Source of the DNA: an uncultured Gemmatimonadales bacterium
GTDB taxonomy: Bacteria > Gemmatimonadota > Gemmatimonadetes > Gemmatimonadales > GWC2-71-9
Direction of reading: 5' to 3'
DNA length: 64,000 bases
NCBI GenBank assembly: GCA_963730185.1
Contig: CAVSQW010000015.1
Span: 416,001 to 480,000, forward strand
The notes beneath the pieces are model-generated. The model was not told the DNA's origin and did no database searches. It saw nothing but the letters and a program-made list of their open reading frames with translations. The translations under genes were made by a program, and so were the position numbers. Positions 9,538-19,049 of this stretch are shown in pieces; the first letter of the stretch is position 1; each line of letters opens with the position of its first letter.

Positions 9538-11085
9538 ATGAATCAGCTGTTCCGCCGGAAATCGATCGCCGACTTCGAAGCCGACATCGCCGAGCGCGGC
9601 GGTCTGAAACGCACCCTGAACAAGTGGCACCTCACCGCCCTCGGCGTAGGCGCCACCATCGGCGCCGGCATTTTCGCCACCGTGGGCACCGCCATCGTGG
9701 GCGACCCGGCCCGGCCCGGCGCCGGCCCCGCAATCGTGCTGAGCATGATCCTGACCGCCGCGGCCTGTGGGTTCGCGGCGCTCTGCTATGCGGAGTTCGC
9801 CGCGATGGTCCCGATCGCGGGCTCCGCCTACACCTACGCCTATGCCTCGCTCGGCGAGCTGGTGGCCTGGATCATCGGCTGGGACCTGGTCATCGAGTAT
9901 GCCGTCGGGAACATCGGGGTCGCGATCGGCTGGGCGGGTTACTTCCGGGAGCTCCTGAGCCACCTCGGCGTGAATCTCCCGGCCTGGCTGTCGACCGACT
10001 ACCGCTCCGCCCATGCCGCCGTCGAGGCGATCGCCGGCGGCGCCGCCGATGCCACCAGCCAGTTCCTGGCCTCGGCGGTGGCCTCGGCGCCCCACGTCTT
10101 CGGCCTGCCCATCATCTTCAACCTGCCGGCCTTCGGCGTGGTGGCACTGCTCACCATCCTGTTGGTCAAGGGCGTCAAGGAGTCGGCCGCCTCCAACAAC
10201 GCGATGGTGATCCTCAAGCTCGCGATCATCCTTTTCTTTTGCGCGGTGGGCGCGTTCCTGGTCAAGCCCGGCAACTGGACCAATCCCCAGCTGGGCGGGT
10301 TCATGCCCAACGGGTGGGCCGGGGTGAGCGCCGGGGCCGCCATCATCTTTTTCAGCTACATCGGTTTCGACGCCGTGTCCACGGCCGCGGAGGAGACCCG
10401 CGACCCGGCCCGCGACATGCCGTTCGGGATCATCATGAGCCTGGTGATCTGCACCGTGGTCTACATCGTGCTCTCCGTGGTCATGACCGGGATGGCGCCC
10501 TGGAACGTCTTGGGCACGCCGGAGCCGATGATCACCGCGCTGGAGCACGCCGCCGGCCCCCCGATGCTGCTCCGCTTTTCCCGGTTGATCATCTCGGTCG
10601 GCGCGGTGGTGGCGATGGGCAGCGTGCTGCTGGTGTTTCAGATGGGCCAGCCCCGGATCTTCTTCTCGATGTCGCGGGACGGGCTCCTGCCGCCCGTCAT
10701 GGCCAAGGTCCATCCCAAGTACAAGACGCCCTACGTCGGCACCATTCTGACCGGGATCTTCGTGGCCTCGTTCGCCGCGGTGGCCAACATCGCCGAGGTC
10801 GTGGACCTGACCAACATCGGGACGCTGTTTGCGTTCGTCCTGGTCTCGATCGGGGTGATCGTGCTCCGCTACAAGGAGCCCGACCGGCACCGGCCGTTCC
10901 GGGTGCCGGGGGCGCCGTTCACGCCGCTGATCTCCGTGGCCGCCTGTCTCTATCTGATGCTCCAGCTCCCCCGGGTCACCTGGATCCGGTTCGTGGTCTG
11001 GCTCGCCGTCGGCCTGGTGATCTACTTCCTCTACGGGCGGATCCACAGCCGGCTCCGGCGGAGCGACCAAGCCACCCAGGGATGA
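9538..11085 (+). CDS. Amino acid permease (APC/CAT family)
   Basis: LGVGATIGAGIF, GSAYTYAY, FFSYIGFDAVSTAAEE; many TM helices. Confidence 0.95.
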   Translation: MNQLFRRKSIADFEADIAERGGLKRTLNKWHLTALGVGATIGAGIFATVGTAIVGDPARPGAGPAIVLSMILTAAACGFAALCYAEFAAMVPIAGSAYTYAYASLGELVAWIIGWDLVIEYAVGNIGVAIGWAGYFRELLSHLGVNLPAWLSTDYRSAHAAVEAIAGGAADATSQFLASAVASAPHVFGLPIIFNLPAFGVVALLTILLVKGVKESAASNNAMVILKLAIILFFCAVGAFLVKPGNWTNPQLGGFMPNGWAGVSAGAAIIFFSYIGFDAVSTAAEETRDPARDMPFGIIMSLVICTVVYIVLSVVMTGMAPWNVLGTPEPMITALEHAAGPPMLLRFSRLIISVGAVVAMGSVLLVFQMGQPRIFFSMSRDGLLPPVMAKVHPKYKTPYVGTILTGIFVASFAAVANIAEVVDLTNIGTLFAFVLVSIGVIVLRYKEPDRHRPFRVPGAPFTPLISVAACLYLMLQLPRVTWIRFVVWLAVGLVIYFLYGRIHSRLRRSDQATQG

Positions 11086-11124
11086 GGCCTCAATGAAGCG
11101 AGCTGGAGCGGGGATGTGACCCGG

Positions 11125-12483
11125 ATGGCGCACTCGCCCGCCCGGCTGGGGCGGCGCTTCGATCCCGTGATGGTGGTGGGCGGCGGGATCGGTGGCCTGA
11201 CCGCCGCTCTCGCGCTCCACGCCCGGGGCTTCCGGGTCCGGGTCTTCGAGACCGCCCGCTCGGTCCGCCCGCTGGGCGTGGGGATCAACCTCCTCCCCCA
11301 TTCCGTTCGGGTGCTGACCGAGCTGGGGCTGGGCGACGCCCTCCGGGCCACTGCGCTCGAAACGGCCGAGCTGGTCTACGTCAACAAGCTGGGGCAACGG
11401 ATCTGGGGCGAGCCGCGAGGGCTCGCGGCCGGCTATCCGGTGCCCCAGTTCTCGATTCACCGGGGCGAGCTGCAGCTGCTCCTCCTCCGGGCGGTGCGCC
11501 GCACCCTGGGAGCCTCGGCCGTGATCACCGGAAGTCGGCTCGAATCGTTCGAGATGCGGTCGGCTGGGGTCCGCTGCACCTTTGCCGACCGGCGCCGGAA
11601 CGAGACGGCGATCGAGATCGACGGCACCGCCCTGATCGGCGCCGACGGCATCCACTCGACGGTTCGGCGCCAGCTCTATCCCGACGAGGGGCCTCCGCGC
11701 TTCGCCGGCCGGATGCTCTGGCGGGCCGTGACGGAGAGCGAGCCCTTTCTCGGCGGCCGGACCATGGTGATGGCCGGGCACGCCGACCAGAAGTTCGTCT
11801 GCTATCCGATCTCGCGGGCCCACTTGGAGCGCGGCCGCTCACTCACCAACTGGATCGCCGAGCTCCGGGTCGGGCACGACTCGCCGACCGGTCAGGATTG
11901 GAGTCGGGAGGTCGACCGGGCGATCTTCGCGCCCGCGTTCGAGCGCTGGCGGTTCGACTGGCTCGACGTCCCCGCCCTGATCGCGGGGGCGGAGCGGGTC
12001 TTCGAGTATCCCCTGACCGATCGTGATCCGCTCCCCCGATGGTCGTTCGGCGCGGTGACGCTGCTGGGCGACGCGGCCCACCCGATGTATCCGATCGGCT
12101 CGAACGGCGCGTCGCAGGCGATCCTGGACGCGGAGGCCTTGGCCGAGCGCCTGGCATCCGGTGGGGCCGTCGAGGAGGCGCTGGCGGGGTACGAGGCCGA
12201 TCGGCGCGAGGCGACCGGCGCGATCGTGCTGGCCAACCGGGAGAACGGGCCCGAGCAGGTGATGCAGCTGGCGGAGGAGCGGGCGCCGGAGGGCTTCGAG
12301 CGGATCGCCGACGTCATCTCGCGGGCTGAGCTGGAGGCGATCGCCGCCCGCTACAAGCGGACGGCCGGGTTCAGCCCCGAGCAGGTCCGCCCGGCCGGTT
12401 CTGGTCGCTCGGCCGGCTCGGTCGGCTCGGTCGGCTCGGCCGGCTCGGCCGGCACCGGCGGCCCATCGGCGAGGGGCGCCTAA
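11125..12483 (+). CDS. FAD-dependent monooxygenase (UbiH/PhzS-like flavin oxidoreductase)
   Basis: GGGIGG, IGADGIHS, LLGDAAHPMYPIGSNGASQAILDA. Confidence 0.9.
   Translation: MAHSPARLGRRFDPVMVVGGGIGGLTAALALHARGFRVRVFETARSVRPLGVGINLLPHSVRVLTELGLGDALRATALETAELVYVNKLGQRIWGEPRGLAAGYPVPQFSIHRGELQLLLLRAVRRTLGASAVITGSRLESFEMRSAGVRCTFADRRRNETAIEIDGTALIGADGIHSTVRRQLYPDEGPPRFAGRMLWRAVTESEPFLGGRTMVMAGHADQKFVCYPISRAHLERGRSLTNWIAELRVGHDSPTGQDWSREVDRAIFAPAFERWRFDWLDVPALIAGAERVFEYPLTDRDPLPRWSFGAVTLLGDAAHPMYPIGSNGASQAILDAEALAERLASGGAVEEALAGYEADRREATGAIVLANRENGPEQVMQLAEERAPEGFERIADVISRAELEAIAARYKRTAGFSPEQVRPAGSGRSAGSVGSVGSAGSAGTGGPSARGA
12404..12455 (+). repeat. 9-bp tandem repeat (GGCTCGGYC, about 5 copies) in the 3' end of the monooxygenase
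   Basis: ggtcgctcggccggctcggtcggctcggtcggctcggccggctcggccggc, encoding GSA/GSV repeats. Confidence 0.75.
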
Positions 12484-13361
12484 CGTCGATCGGCGAGCCG
12501 CGGCGCTCCGGCCAGCGGCTCGAGGCCGATCGGGGTTACCGGCAGGCCTGCCTCCTCGAGGGCCTCCACCAGAGCCCCCCGCAGCGGCCCGCCGTCGGCC
12601 AGAAGCCCGCCCCCGAGGCCGAGGGGGAGGGGGCGGATATCGAGGTGCTCCGCCAGTCCCCGGACCAGCTCCGCCAGCTCCCGTCCGCCCCGGTCCAGGA
12701 TCCGCGCCGCCGCCTCGTCGCCGGCCGTGGCCGCCTCGACCACCGCCGCCGCCAAGCCGGCCACCTCCCGCACGGTCGCGTTGGCGGCCCAGCCGACCAG
12801 GTTCCGGAAGCCGTCGCTCCGGGTCACGCGGAGGAGCGCGGCGGTCAGCCCGGTGGCCGGACCCCGGCCGTCGTGGGCCCGCCCCGCCGCGTCGAGCGCG
12901 AGCCTCCCGATCCAGTAGCCGCCGCCCTCGTCGCCCATCTGCCAGCCCAGGCCGCCCCGTTGCGTCGTCCGCCCGTCGGGGCTCCGCGCCATCGCCACGC
13001 TCCCGGTGCCGGCCAGCACCACCACGCCGGCCGGCGGCTCGAACGCCGCCAGCGCCAGCTCGGCATCGGTGGTGACCACCACCCGGTCGGCCAGATGCTC
13101 GCCCCGCAGGGCCGCCCGGAGATCGTTGGCGTCGTCGGTCCGGCCCGCGCCGGCGGCGCCCACCACCAGCACGTCCGCTCGGTGCACGCCCAAAGCGGCC
13201 AGGAGGGTCCGGGCCAGCCCGCCCATCGAGGTGCCGGCCGCGAGGCCCCGGCCGGGACGAAGCGCCGTGCCTGGACCGGTCGCGGTCTTGAGCCGGGCGC
13301 CGTCGCGCCAGACCGCGACCCGGGTTCGGGTGCCTCCGGCGTCGATGCCGATCAGGATCAT
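12480..13361 (-). CDS. BadF/BadG/BcrA/BcrD-family N-acetylglucosamine/N-acetylmuramate kinase
   Basis: MILIGIDAGGT, TDAELAL, LAGTGS, GGLGWQMGDEGGGYWIG. Confidence 0.9.
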   Translation of the reverse strand: MILIGIDAGGTRTRVAVWRDGARLKTATGPGTALRPGRGLAAGTSMGGLARTLLAALGVHRADVLVVGAAGAGRTDDANDLRAALRGEHLADRVVVTTDAELALAAFEPPAGVVVLAGTGSVAMARSPDGRTTQRGGLGWQMGDEGGGYWIGRLALDAAGRAHDGRGPATGLTAALLRVTRSDGFRNLVGWAANATVREVAGLAAAVVEAATAGDEAAARILDRGGRELAELVRGLAEHLDIRPLPLGLGGGLLADGGPLRGALVEALEEAGLPVTPIGLEPLAGAPRLADRR

Positions 13362-14824
13362 GCCGGCCTCGGCGGAACCACGGCGTGCCGGGCCAGGGCG
13401 ACGACCAGGGTGAGGCCGGTGCCGAGGGGCACGTACCAGGGCCAGGCCAGCCGGCCGATCGGGGTCAGGGCGGGGACGGTGCCCGAGAGTCGGCCGGCAA
13501 ACACCACCACCAGCATCGTCGCCGCGGTCACGATCACGCTCAGCCGGACATCGGCCGCCCGGATCCGGGGCAGGCCGGCCAGCAGGTAGGTGCCGAGCAG
13601 CGCGCCATAGGTGATCGAGGCGATGGAGAGCGCCAGCACCACCACCGGCGTGTCCGTGCCGGACGCGTAGCGATAGAAGCCCAGCGCCGCGCCGACCAGG
13701 CCGACGCCCCAGATCGCGGAGAGGGCTCGGCCCACCCGCATCAGGTGGTGGGGGTCCGACCGGCCGGTGAGCGGCGCGTAGAAGTCGTGGGTGACGGCCG
13801 AAGCCATGGCGTTGATCGACGAGCTCAACGTGCTCATCGCCGCCGCCAGGATCCCGGCGATCACGAGGCCCGCGGCTCCGACCGGGAGGAAACGGGCCAC
13901 GAAGGTCGGGAAGAGCTGATCGCCCGTCAGGTCGGTCGGGGCCTCGCCCGCCGCCCACATGGCCGACCCGACCAGCAGGAAGAGCAGGAACTGGAGCAGC
14001 ACCACCACGCCCGAGCCGATCAGCGCGCGGCGGGCGTCTCGGAGCGAGTGGGTCGCGAGCAACCGTTGCACGATCAGGTGGTCGGTCCCGTGTGACGCGG
14101 CGGAGAGCAGCGCCCCGCCCACCAACCCGCCGGCGAAGGTGTAGGTGGAGGTGAGGTTCAGCGCGAAGTCGAAGAGACGGAGCTTGCCCGCCGCGGCCGC
14201 CAGCCCCAGGGCCGGGCCGGCCCCGCCGGCCATCTGCCAGGCCACCCCCAGCGCGATCACCCCGCCCCCGACGTAGATCGCGAGCTGGACCACGTCGGCC
14301 CAGACCACCGCCTTGAGCCCGCCGAAGCAGGTGTACACGATGGTGATGAGTCCCATCCCGACGATGGCCATCGGGATGCTCCACCCGGTGACCAGGGCGA
14401 GCGGAATGGCGCCGGCGTAGATCCGGACCCCGTCGCCGAGAAAGCGGGTCACCAGGAACGTCGCGGAGATGAGGCGCCGGGTGCCGCCGCCGAAGCGGTG
14501 CTCGAGCCGGGTGTAGGCCGTCTCCTGCTCGCCCCGGAAGTAACCCGGGAGGAGCCACCAGGCCACCACGATCCGACCGACCAGGTAGCCGATCGGGAGC
14601 TGCAGGAAGGTCAGGTCGCCGCGGGCCCCGATTCCGGGCACCGAGATCACGGTGAGCGCCGAGGTCTCGGTGGCCACGATCGAGAGCATCACGGTCCAGG
14701 CGGGGAGCGAGCGGGCGCCGAGGAAGTAATCGTTCGCCGTCCGTTGCTTCCGGGTGACCCAGAGCCCGACGCCGAGGGTGGCGGCGAAGTAGACCCAGAC
14801 GATCGCGAGATCGGCGGGCCGCAC
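13358..14824 (-). CDS. Sodium:solute symporter (SSS family)
   Basis: DYFLGARSLP, SIVATETSALTVISVPG, GGLKAVVWADVVQ, GTDHLIVQRLL, AAAMSTLSSSIN. Confidence 0.93.
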   Translation of the reverse strand: MRPADLAIVWVYFAATLGVGLWVTRKQRTANDYFLGARSLPAWTVMLSIVATETSALTVISVPGIGARGDLTFLQLPIGYLVGRIVVAWWLLPGYFRGEQETAYTRLEHRFGGGTRRLISATFLVTRFLGDGVRIYAGAIPLALVTGWSIPMAIVGMGLITIVYTCFGGLKAVVWADVVQLAIYVGGGVIALGVAWQMAGGAGPALGLAAAAGKLRLFDFALNLTSTYTFAGGLVGGALLSAASHGTDHLIVQRLLATHSLRDARRALIGSGVVVLLQFLLFLLVGSAMWAAGEAPTDLTGDQLFPTFVARFLPVGAAGLVIAGILAAAMSTLSSSINAMASAVTHDFYAPLTGRSDPHHLMRVGRALSAIWGVGLVGAALGFYRYASGTDTPVVVLALSIASITYGALLGTYLLAGLPRIRAADVRLSVIVTAATMLVVVFAGRLSGTVPALTPIGRLAWPWYVPLGTGLTLVVALARHAVVPPRPA

Positions 14825-15525
14825 CTACCAGTGACCCCGCTCGCCCATGGCGTCGATGGCCCGGGCCAGGCGCAGGCCGCCGTTCCGCTGGTTGGCCTCG
14901 GCCGCGTGGGCGGCGCGGTCCGGGTGGCCGGCCGCGATGGCGCGGATGACGGCCTCGTGCTCGGCCAGGGAGGGCTGCATCCGGTGGGCCAGCAGCACGA
15001 CGTAGAGCTGGTCGTACCGAACGGCGTGGGGACGTATGGTCTCGAGCAGGGCCTGGAGCCGGGGCCCGGCGCCGGCGTCGATGAACTGCGAGTGGAGGGC
15101 GTCGTCGAGCTCCAGGAACCGCTGCTGTGACGGATCGCTCTTCTTGCTCTCGGTCCGGAGCTCGGCGTTGAGCCGCCGCATCTCGGCGGCGATCGCTCGC
15201 CGGCGGGGTGCCGGGAGCGAGGCCGTGTTCCGGGCCGCCACGCCCTCGAGCGCCGCGATCGTGTCGAACAGCTCCACCGCGTCGGTCCGGGTCAGGGGAG
15301 CCACCTGGCTCAACGAGTGCTTGAGCCCCGGGAGGGTCACCACGTAGCCTTCCTGCTCCAGCCGGTCCAACGCCGCCCGGACCGGGGTGCGGCTCACCCG
15401 AAACCGCCCGGCGATGTCCTTCTCGACCAGGCGGGTCCCGGGTGGAGCCGGCCCACCACGATCAACTGGCGGAGCTCGCGATAGATTCGGGCCGCGCGGT
15501 CGCGGGTCTCGGTCGTGGCCGTCAT
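14825..15525 (-). CDS. GntR/FadR-family regulator (indel near 15445)
   Basis: IYRELRQLIVVGRL then PGTRLVEKDIAGRFRVSRTPVRAAL HTH; FCD domain with EHEAVIRAI. Confidence 0.87.
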
Positions 15526-15644
15526 GCGATGGAGCGTCCAGTCGGGGGAGATCGGAATATGCCCCGGATCGCCGGGCGAGCCCAAGGGCGGTGCCCGCCG
15601 GCAACGGGGTGCGCCGCTGGCAGCCGTCGGACCGTCAGCCCGCC

Positions 15645-15678
15645 AAACGAAAGCGGGAGCGCCGTCGAGCGCTCCCGC
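15645..15678 (-). terminator. Intrinsic terminator after the iscA-like gene
   Basis: Perfect 10-bp stem GCGGGAGCGC/GCGCTCCCGC with 6-nt loop and TTTCGTTT tail on the minus strand. Confidence 0.7.
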
Positions 15679-15702
15679 CGGGTCCCGCTGGACGGCGATG
15701 GG

Positions 15703-16068
15703 TCAGGCCGTGAAGCTGCTCCCGCAGCCGCACCCGCCGGTGGCGTTCGGGTTCTCGAAGGTAAACCCCGAGCCCTGCATCGACGTCACGTAGTCGACCG
15801 TGATTCCGCTGAGGTAGGGCAGGCTGAACCCGTCGACGAACACCCGGATCCGCTCGACCTCGACGATGATGTCGTCGTCCAGCGGGGTGTCTTCGATGTT
15901 CAGGCTGTATTTGAATCCGGAACAGCCGCCCGGCAGCACGCTGACCCGAAGCCCGCCGGTGTCGACGGCCACGTTCTCGGCCGCCATGAACTTGAGAACC
16001 TCGTCCGTCGCCCGGGGCGTCAGCGTAATGCCGATGCCTTCGGTGGTGCCTTTTTCGGTCGTGCTCAT
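15703..16068 (-). CDS. A-type Fe-S carrier (HesB/IscA/ErpA family)
   Basis: LRVSVLPGGCSGFKY, GFTFENPNATGGCGCGSSF. Confidence 0.95.
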   Translation of the reverse strand: MSTTEKGTTEGIGITLTPRATDEVLKFMAAENVAVDTGGLRVSVLPGGCSGFKYSLNIEDTPLDDDIIVEVERIRVFVDGFSLPYLSGITVDYVTSMQGSGFTFENPNATGGCGCGSSFTA

Positions 16069-16141
16069 GGCCCTCTCCCTCGTGTGGGTGGCGACTTGCC
16101 ACCCAAGCCCAATGGAAGCTAAGGAGCGGGCTCGACGGCTG

Positions 16142-17320
16142 TCAATGCGGAGCTCCCTCCAGCGCCTCGACCACCCGGTCGGCGACCAGACCGCGGAGCG
16201 GCCCCAGCCGGGGGTTGTTCCGGGTCGGATGGACGCGGTTGGAGAGCAGCACGATCACCAGGGCCCGGGTCGGATCGATCCAGATCGACGTGCCGGTAAA
16301 TCCCGTGTGGCCGAAGCTCTGGTCCGACAAGAGGTTCCCGGCACTGCTCCCGGACGAGGGCGTGTCCCAGCCGAGGGCCCGGCTCGAGCCCGGGACCAAG
16401 TCTTGCCGCCGGGTGAACGCCTGGGCCGTGGCGGGACGGGGAAGCCGGGGACCCCCGGTCGTGTCGCCCCGGACCCGGTTCATCAGCCACTCCCCGAACG
16501 TCAACAGGTCGCGGGTCGACCCGAACAGCCCGGCGTGGCCCGAGACCCCGCCCAGAAAGGCGGCGTTCTCGTCGTGGACCTCGCCATGCACGATCCGCCC
16601 CCGCCAGGGGTCGCGCTCGGTCGGCGCGATCCGGGACAGCCACGACTTAGGCGGACGGTACCGGGTGTCCTTCATCGCGAGCGGTCCGAAGATCCGTTCC
16701 TGGGCCAGCCGGTCCAGCGGCGCCCCATAGAGGCCCTCCACCACCCGGCCGAGCAGGATGGCACCCAGATCGGAGTAGACCATCCGGACGCCGGGGACCG
16801 TGTCGAGCGGGGTCGCCAGGACGAGGGCCAGGGCGCTGTCGCGGTCGGGCGCCTCGCGCCAGAGTGGGCGATGGGCCGGCAGCCCGCTCGAGTGGGTGAG
16901 GAGGTGGCGGATGGTGACGGCGTGCTTGCCCGGCCCGACGAACCGGGGCAGGTAGGTGTCGACCGGCGCGTCGAGATCGAGCCGGCTCTCGTCGACCGCC
17001 TGCATCGCGAGGGTGGTGAGGGCGATGACCTTGGTCAGTGACGCGAGGTCGTACACGGTCGACGAATCGGGTTGCCGGGGGTCGTCGATACCCAGGCGCC
17101 CGGCGCTGTGGAAGTAGCGCGCCCCGCCGATCGAGACCCCGACGACCACGCCCGGCGCCGCGCTGTCGGCCACCGCGGAATCGACCGTCCGGGCCAGATC
17201 GCGCCAGTCGCACGGGGCGGCGCCGCAGCGGGGCACCGGGGCGCCGGCTGGTTCGGCCCGCCCGCAGGCGGCGGCCAGGGCCAGGGTGGGGAGCAGCCTA
17301 ACGAGCGGTCGAGTCCGCAT
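16142..17320 (-). CDS. Serine hydrolase, beta-lactamase/AmiE-like; probable lipoprotein
   Basis: Lipobox-like LAAAC; ASLTK (SxxK), LLTHSSGL, YSD, GHAGLF, GHTGFTG. Confidence 0.9.
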   Translation of the reverse strand: MRTRPLVRLLPTLALAAACGRAEPAGAPVPRCGAAPCDWRDLARTVDSAVADSAAPGVVVGVSIGGARYFHSAGRLGIDDPRQPDSSTVYDLASLTKVIALTTLAMQAVDESRLDLDAPVDTYLPRFVGPGKHAVTIRHLLTHSSGLPAHRPLWREAPDRDSALALVLATPLDTVPGVRMVYSDLGAILLGRVVEGLYGAPLDRLAQERIFGPLAMKDTRYRPPKSWLSRIAPTERDPWRGRIVHGEVHDENAAFLGGVSGHAGLFGSTRDLLTFGEWLMNRVRGDTTGGPRLPRPATAQAFTRRQDLVPGSSRALGWDTPSSGSSAGNLLSDQSFGHTGFTGTSIWIDPTRALVIVLLSNRVHPTRNNPRLGPLRGLVADRVVEALEGAPH

Positions 17321-19049
17321 AGCGCGCCGTCGCCGAACGAGTGAGGCCGTCGCCGATCCGGTAGAACGGCGGCAGGTCGATGGGCAGGTGGCCCGTGATC
17401 GGCGCCCCCGCCAGCGCCCGGGCGGCGGCCCGCTCGGTGAGTGGGTTCGCGGTCCAGGCGAGGAGGTAGCCGGCCGAGCTCGGCGCCTGGGCCAGAATGT
17501 ACGGCGATCCGAACGAGACCACGATCTCGGGGCGGGCCCGGGCGGCGCCCTCCAGGAGCCTGCCCAACGGGTCCGGAATGGCCACGCTGCCCTTGGACGA
17601 CTGCACCCGGACCGATACCAGCACCAGCGGCTGCCCGCCCCCGGCCAGGGCCGTCGCGGCCGAGTCGTAGCTGGCCGGCCCGCTGGTGGAATACAGCCGG
17701 AACGGCGGGGCCACCCGGTACCCCCGGGCTCTGAGCTCGGCTGCGAACGCGTTGCCCAGGGTGGCGCCGTTCGCCTCGCCGAAGGTGACCAGGCTGATCG
17801 GTCCCGGCGTCTGCCGAAGCCGCTCCACCACGGCGAGGGAGTCGCGGGCCAGCACCATCGCCCGGGCCGAGACGGCGGCCGCGGTGTCGAGGAAGGCCTG
17901 GCGTCCCACCACCTCGGGAATCCGGTCGAGCGATACGGTCCGCCGCTTGAAGAGATGGAGCCGATCCTTGGCGGCCAGCACCTTGGCGACCGAGCGTGCC
18001 AGTCGGGCCCGCGAAATCCGTCCGCTCCGAACCGCGGTCACCACGGCCCGGACCGCTTCGGCCGGATCGGTCGGCTTGAGGAGCACGTCGGCGCCGGCTT
18101 GGAGCGCCAGCACGGCGGCCTCGCCCTCGCCGTAGGTGGCGACCAGCGCGCCCATGTCCAGCGCGTCGGTCACCACGATGCCCCGAAACCCGAGCGAGTC
18201 GCGGAGCACCTGGGTGAGAAAGAGGGGGGAGAGCGTCGCCGGCCGGATCGCGCCACCCTCCACCACCGGGTCGGCCAGGTGTCCGGACATCACCGCGTCG
18301 ACCCCGGCCTTCACCGCCGCCTTGAACGGCACCAGCTCGACCCGATCGAGCCGGTCCCACCCCGCCCGGACCACGGGGAGCGAGAGGTGCGAGTCGACGT
18401 CGGTATTGCCATGACCGGGAAAGTGCTTCACGGTCGCCATCACGCCGGCGTCCTGGGTGCCACGCACCGCCGCCACGACCAGCCGCGCGACGGCCGAGGG
18501 ATCGGCGCCGAAGGAGCGGGTGTTGATGATCGGATTGGCCGGATTGTCGTTGACGTCGGCCACCGGGGAGAAGGTCCATTGCACCCCGACCGCGCGTCCC
18601 TCGAGCGCGGTGATGCGTCCCATCTGGTAGGCGTCCTGCTCCCGACCCGAGGCGCCTACGCCCATATTGGTGGGGAACGGCGTGCCGCCGTCGAAGCGGT
18701 AGGCCGACCCGCCCTCGAGGTCCGACGCGATCAGGAGCGGGAGCCGGGAACGGCGCTGGAGATGATTGAGCTGGGCGGCGATGTCGAGCGGCGACCCGAT
18801 CGAGACGACGATGCCCCCGACGTGGAGCGAATCGACCCAGCGCACCGCCTGGGCGAAGGTCTCGGCGTCGAACCCGCTGTAGGCCCCGGTGATCCAGGGC
18901 ATGACCAGCTGGGCCGCCTGGTCGGGAAGCGACATGGTGCGCATCAGCTGCCGCACCCGAGGGCTGGGGGCCGGGCGCCGCTGGGCGGCGGCCGGACCGG
19001 CCAGGGCGGCGCTGATGCCTAACGCAAGGACGAGAGTTCGATGAGGCAT
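17298..19049 (-). CDS. nagZ: GH3 beta-N-acetylglucosaminidase with signal peptide
   Basis: ASDLEGG, NPIINTRSFG, KHFPGHGNTDVDSH (NagZ signature), VTDALDM; start MPHRTLVLALGISAALA at 19049. Confidence 0.92.
   Translation of the reverse strand: MPHRTLVLALGISAALAGPAAAQRRPAPSPRVRQLMRTMSLPDQAAQLVMPWITGAYSGFDAETFAQAVRWVDSLHVGGIVVSIGSPLDIAAQLNHLQRRSRLPLLIASDLEGGSAYRFDGGTPFPTNMGVGASGREQDAYQMGRITALEGRAVGVQWTFSPVADVNDNPANPIINTRSFGADPSAVARLVVAAVRGTQDAGVMATVKHFPGHGNTDVDSHLSLPVVRAGWDRLDRVELVPFKAAVKAGVDAVMSGHLADPVVEGGAIRPATLSPLFLTQVLRDSLGFRGIVVTDALDMGALVATYGEGEAAVLALQAGADVLLKPTDPAEAVRAVVTAVRSGRISRARLARSVAKVLAAKDRLHLFKRRTVSLDRIPEVVGRQAFLDTAAAVSARAMVLARDSLAVVERLRQTPGPISLVTFGEANGATLGNAFAAELRARGYRVAPPFRLYSTSGPASYDSAATALAGGGQPLVLVSVRVQSSKGSVAIPDPLGRLLEGAARARPEIVVSFGSPYILAQAPSSAGYLLAWTANPLTERAAARALAGAPITGHLPIDLPPFYRIGDGLTRSATARYADSTAR

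Noticed and set aside
9139..11823. Long antisense ORFs (894 aa here; also 21456-23441, 42008-43699, 47434-49233, 62295-63986)
   Set aside because: Shadow ORFs opposite well-supported genes, expected at this GC content; no recognisable motifs
12404..12455. 9-bp tandem repeat as a phase-variation switch
   Set aside because: The unit is a multiple of three and lies in the C-terminal tail, so copy changes would not alter the frame
12480..14558. 692-aa ORF suggesting a transporter-kinase fusion (similarly 31530-33998, 24366-26852, 50131-51876)
   Set aside because: The upstream parts are off-frame extensions over neighbouring genes; the real starts are at 13361, 32331, 25501 and 50917
15703..16068. 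iscA-like gene as a functional part of the salvage module
   Set aside because: Generic Fe-S carrier followed by its own terminator; no salvage enzyme here needs an Fe-S cluster
16142..17320. Beta-lactamase resistance gene
   Set aside because: The SxxK fold is shared with AmiE-like amidases and esterases, and the position next to nagZ points to cell-wall recycling
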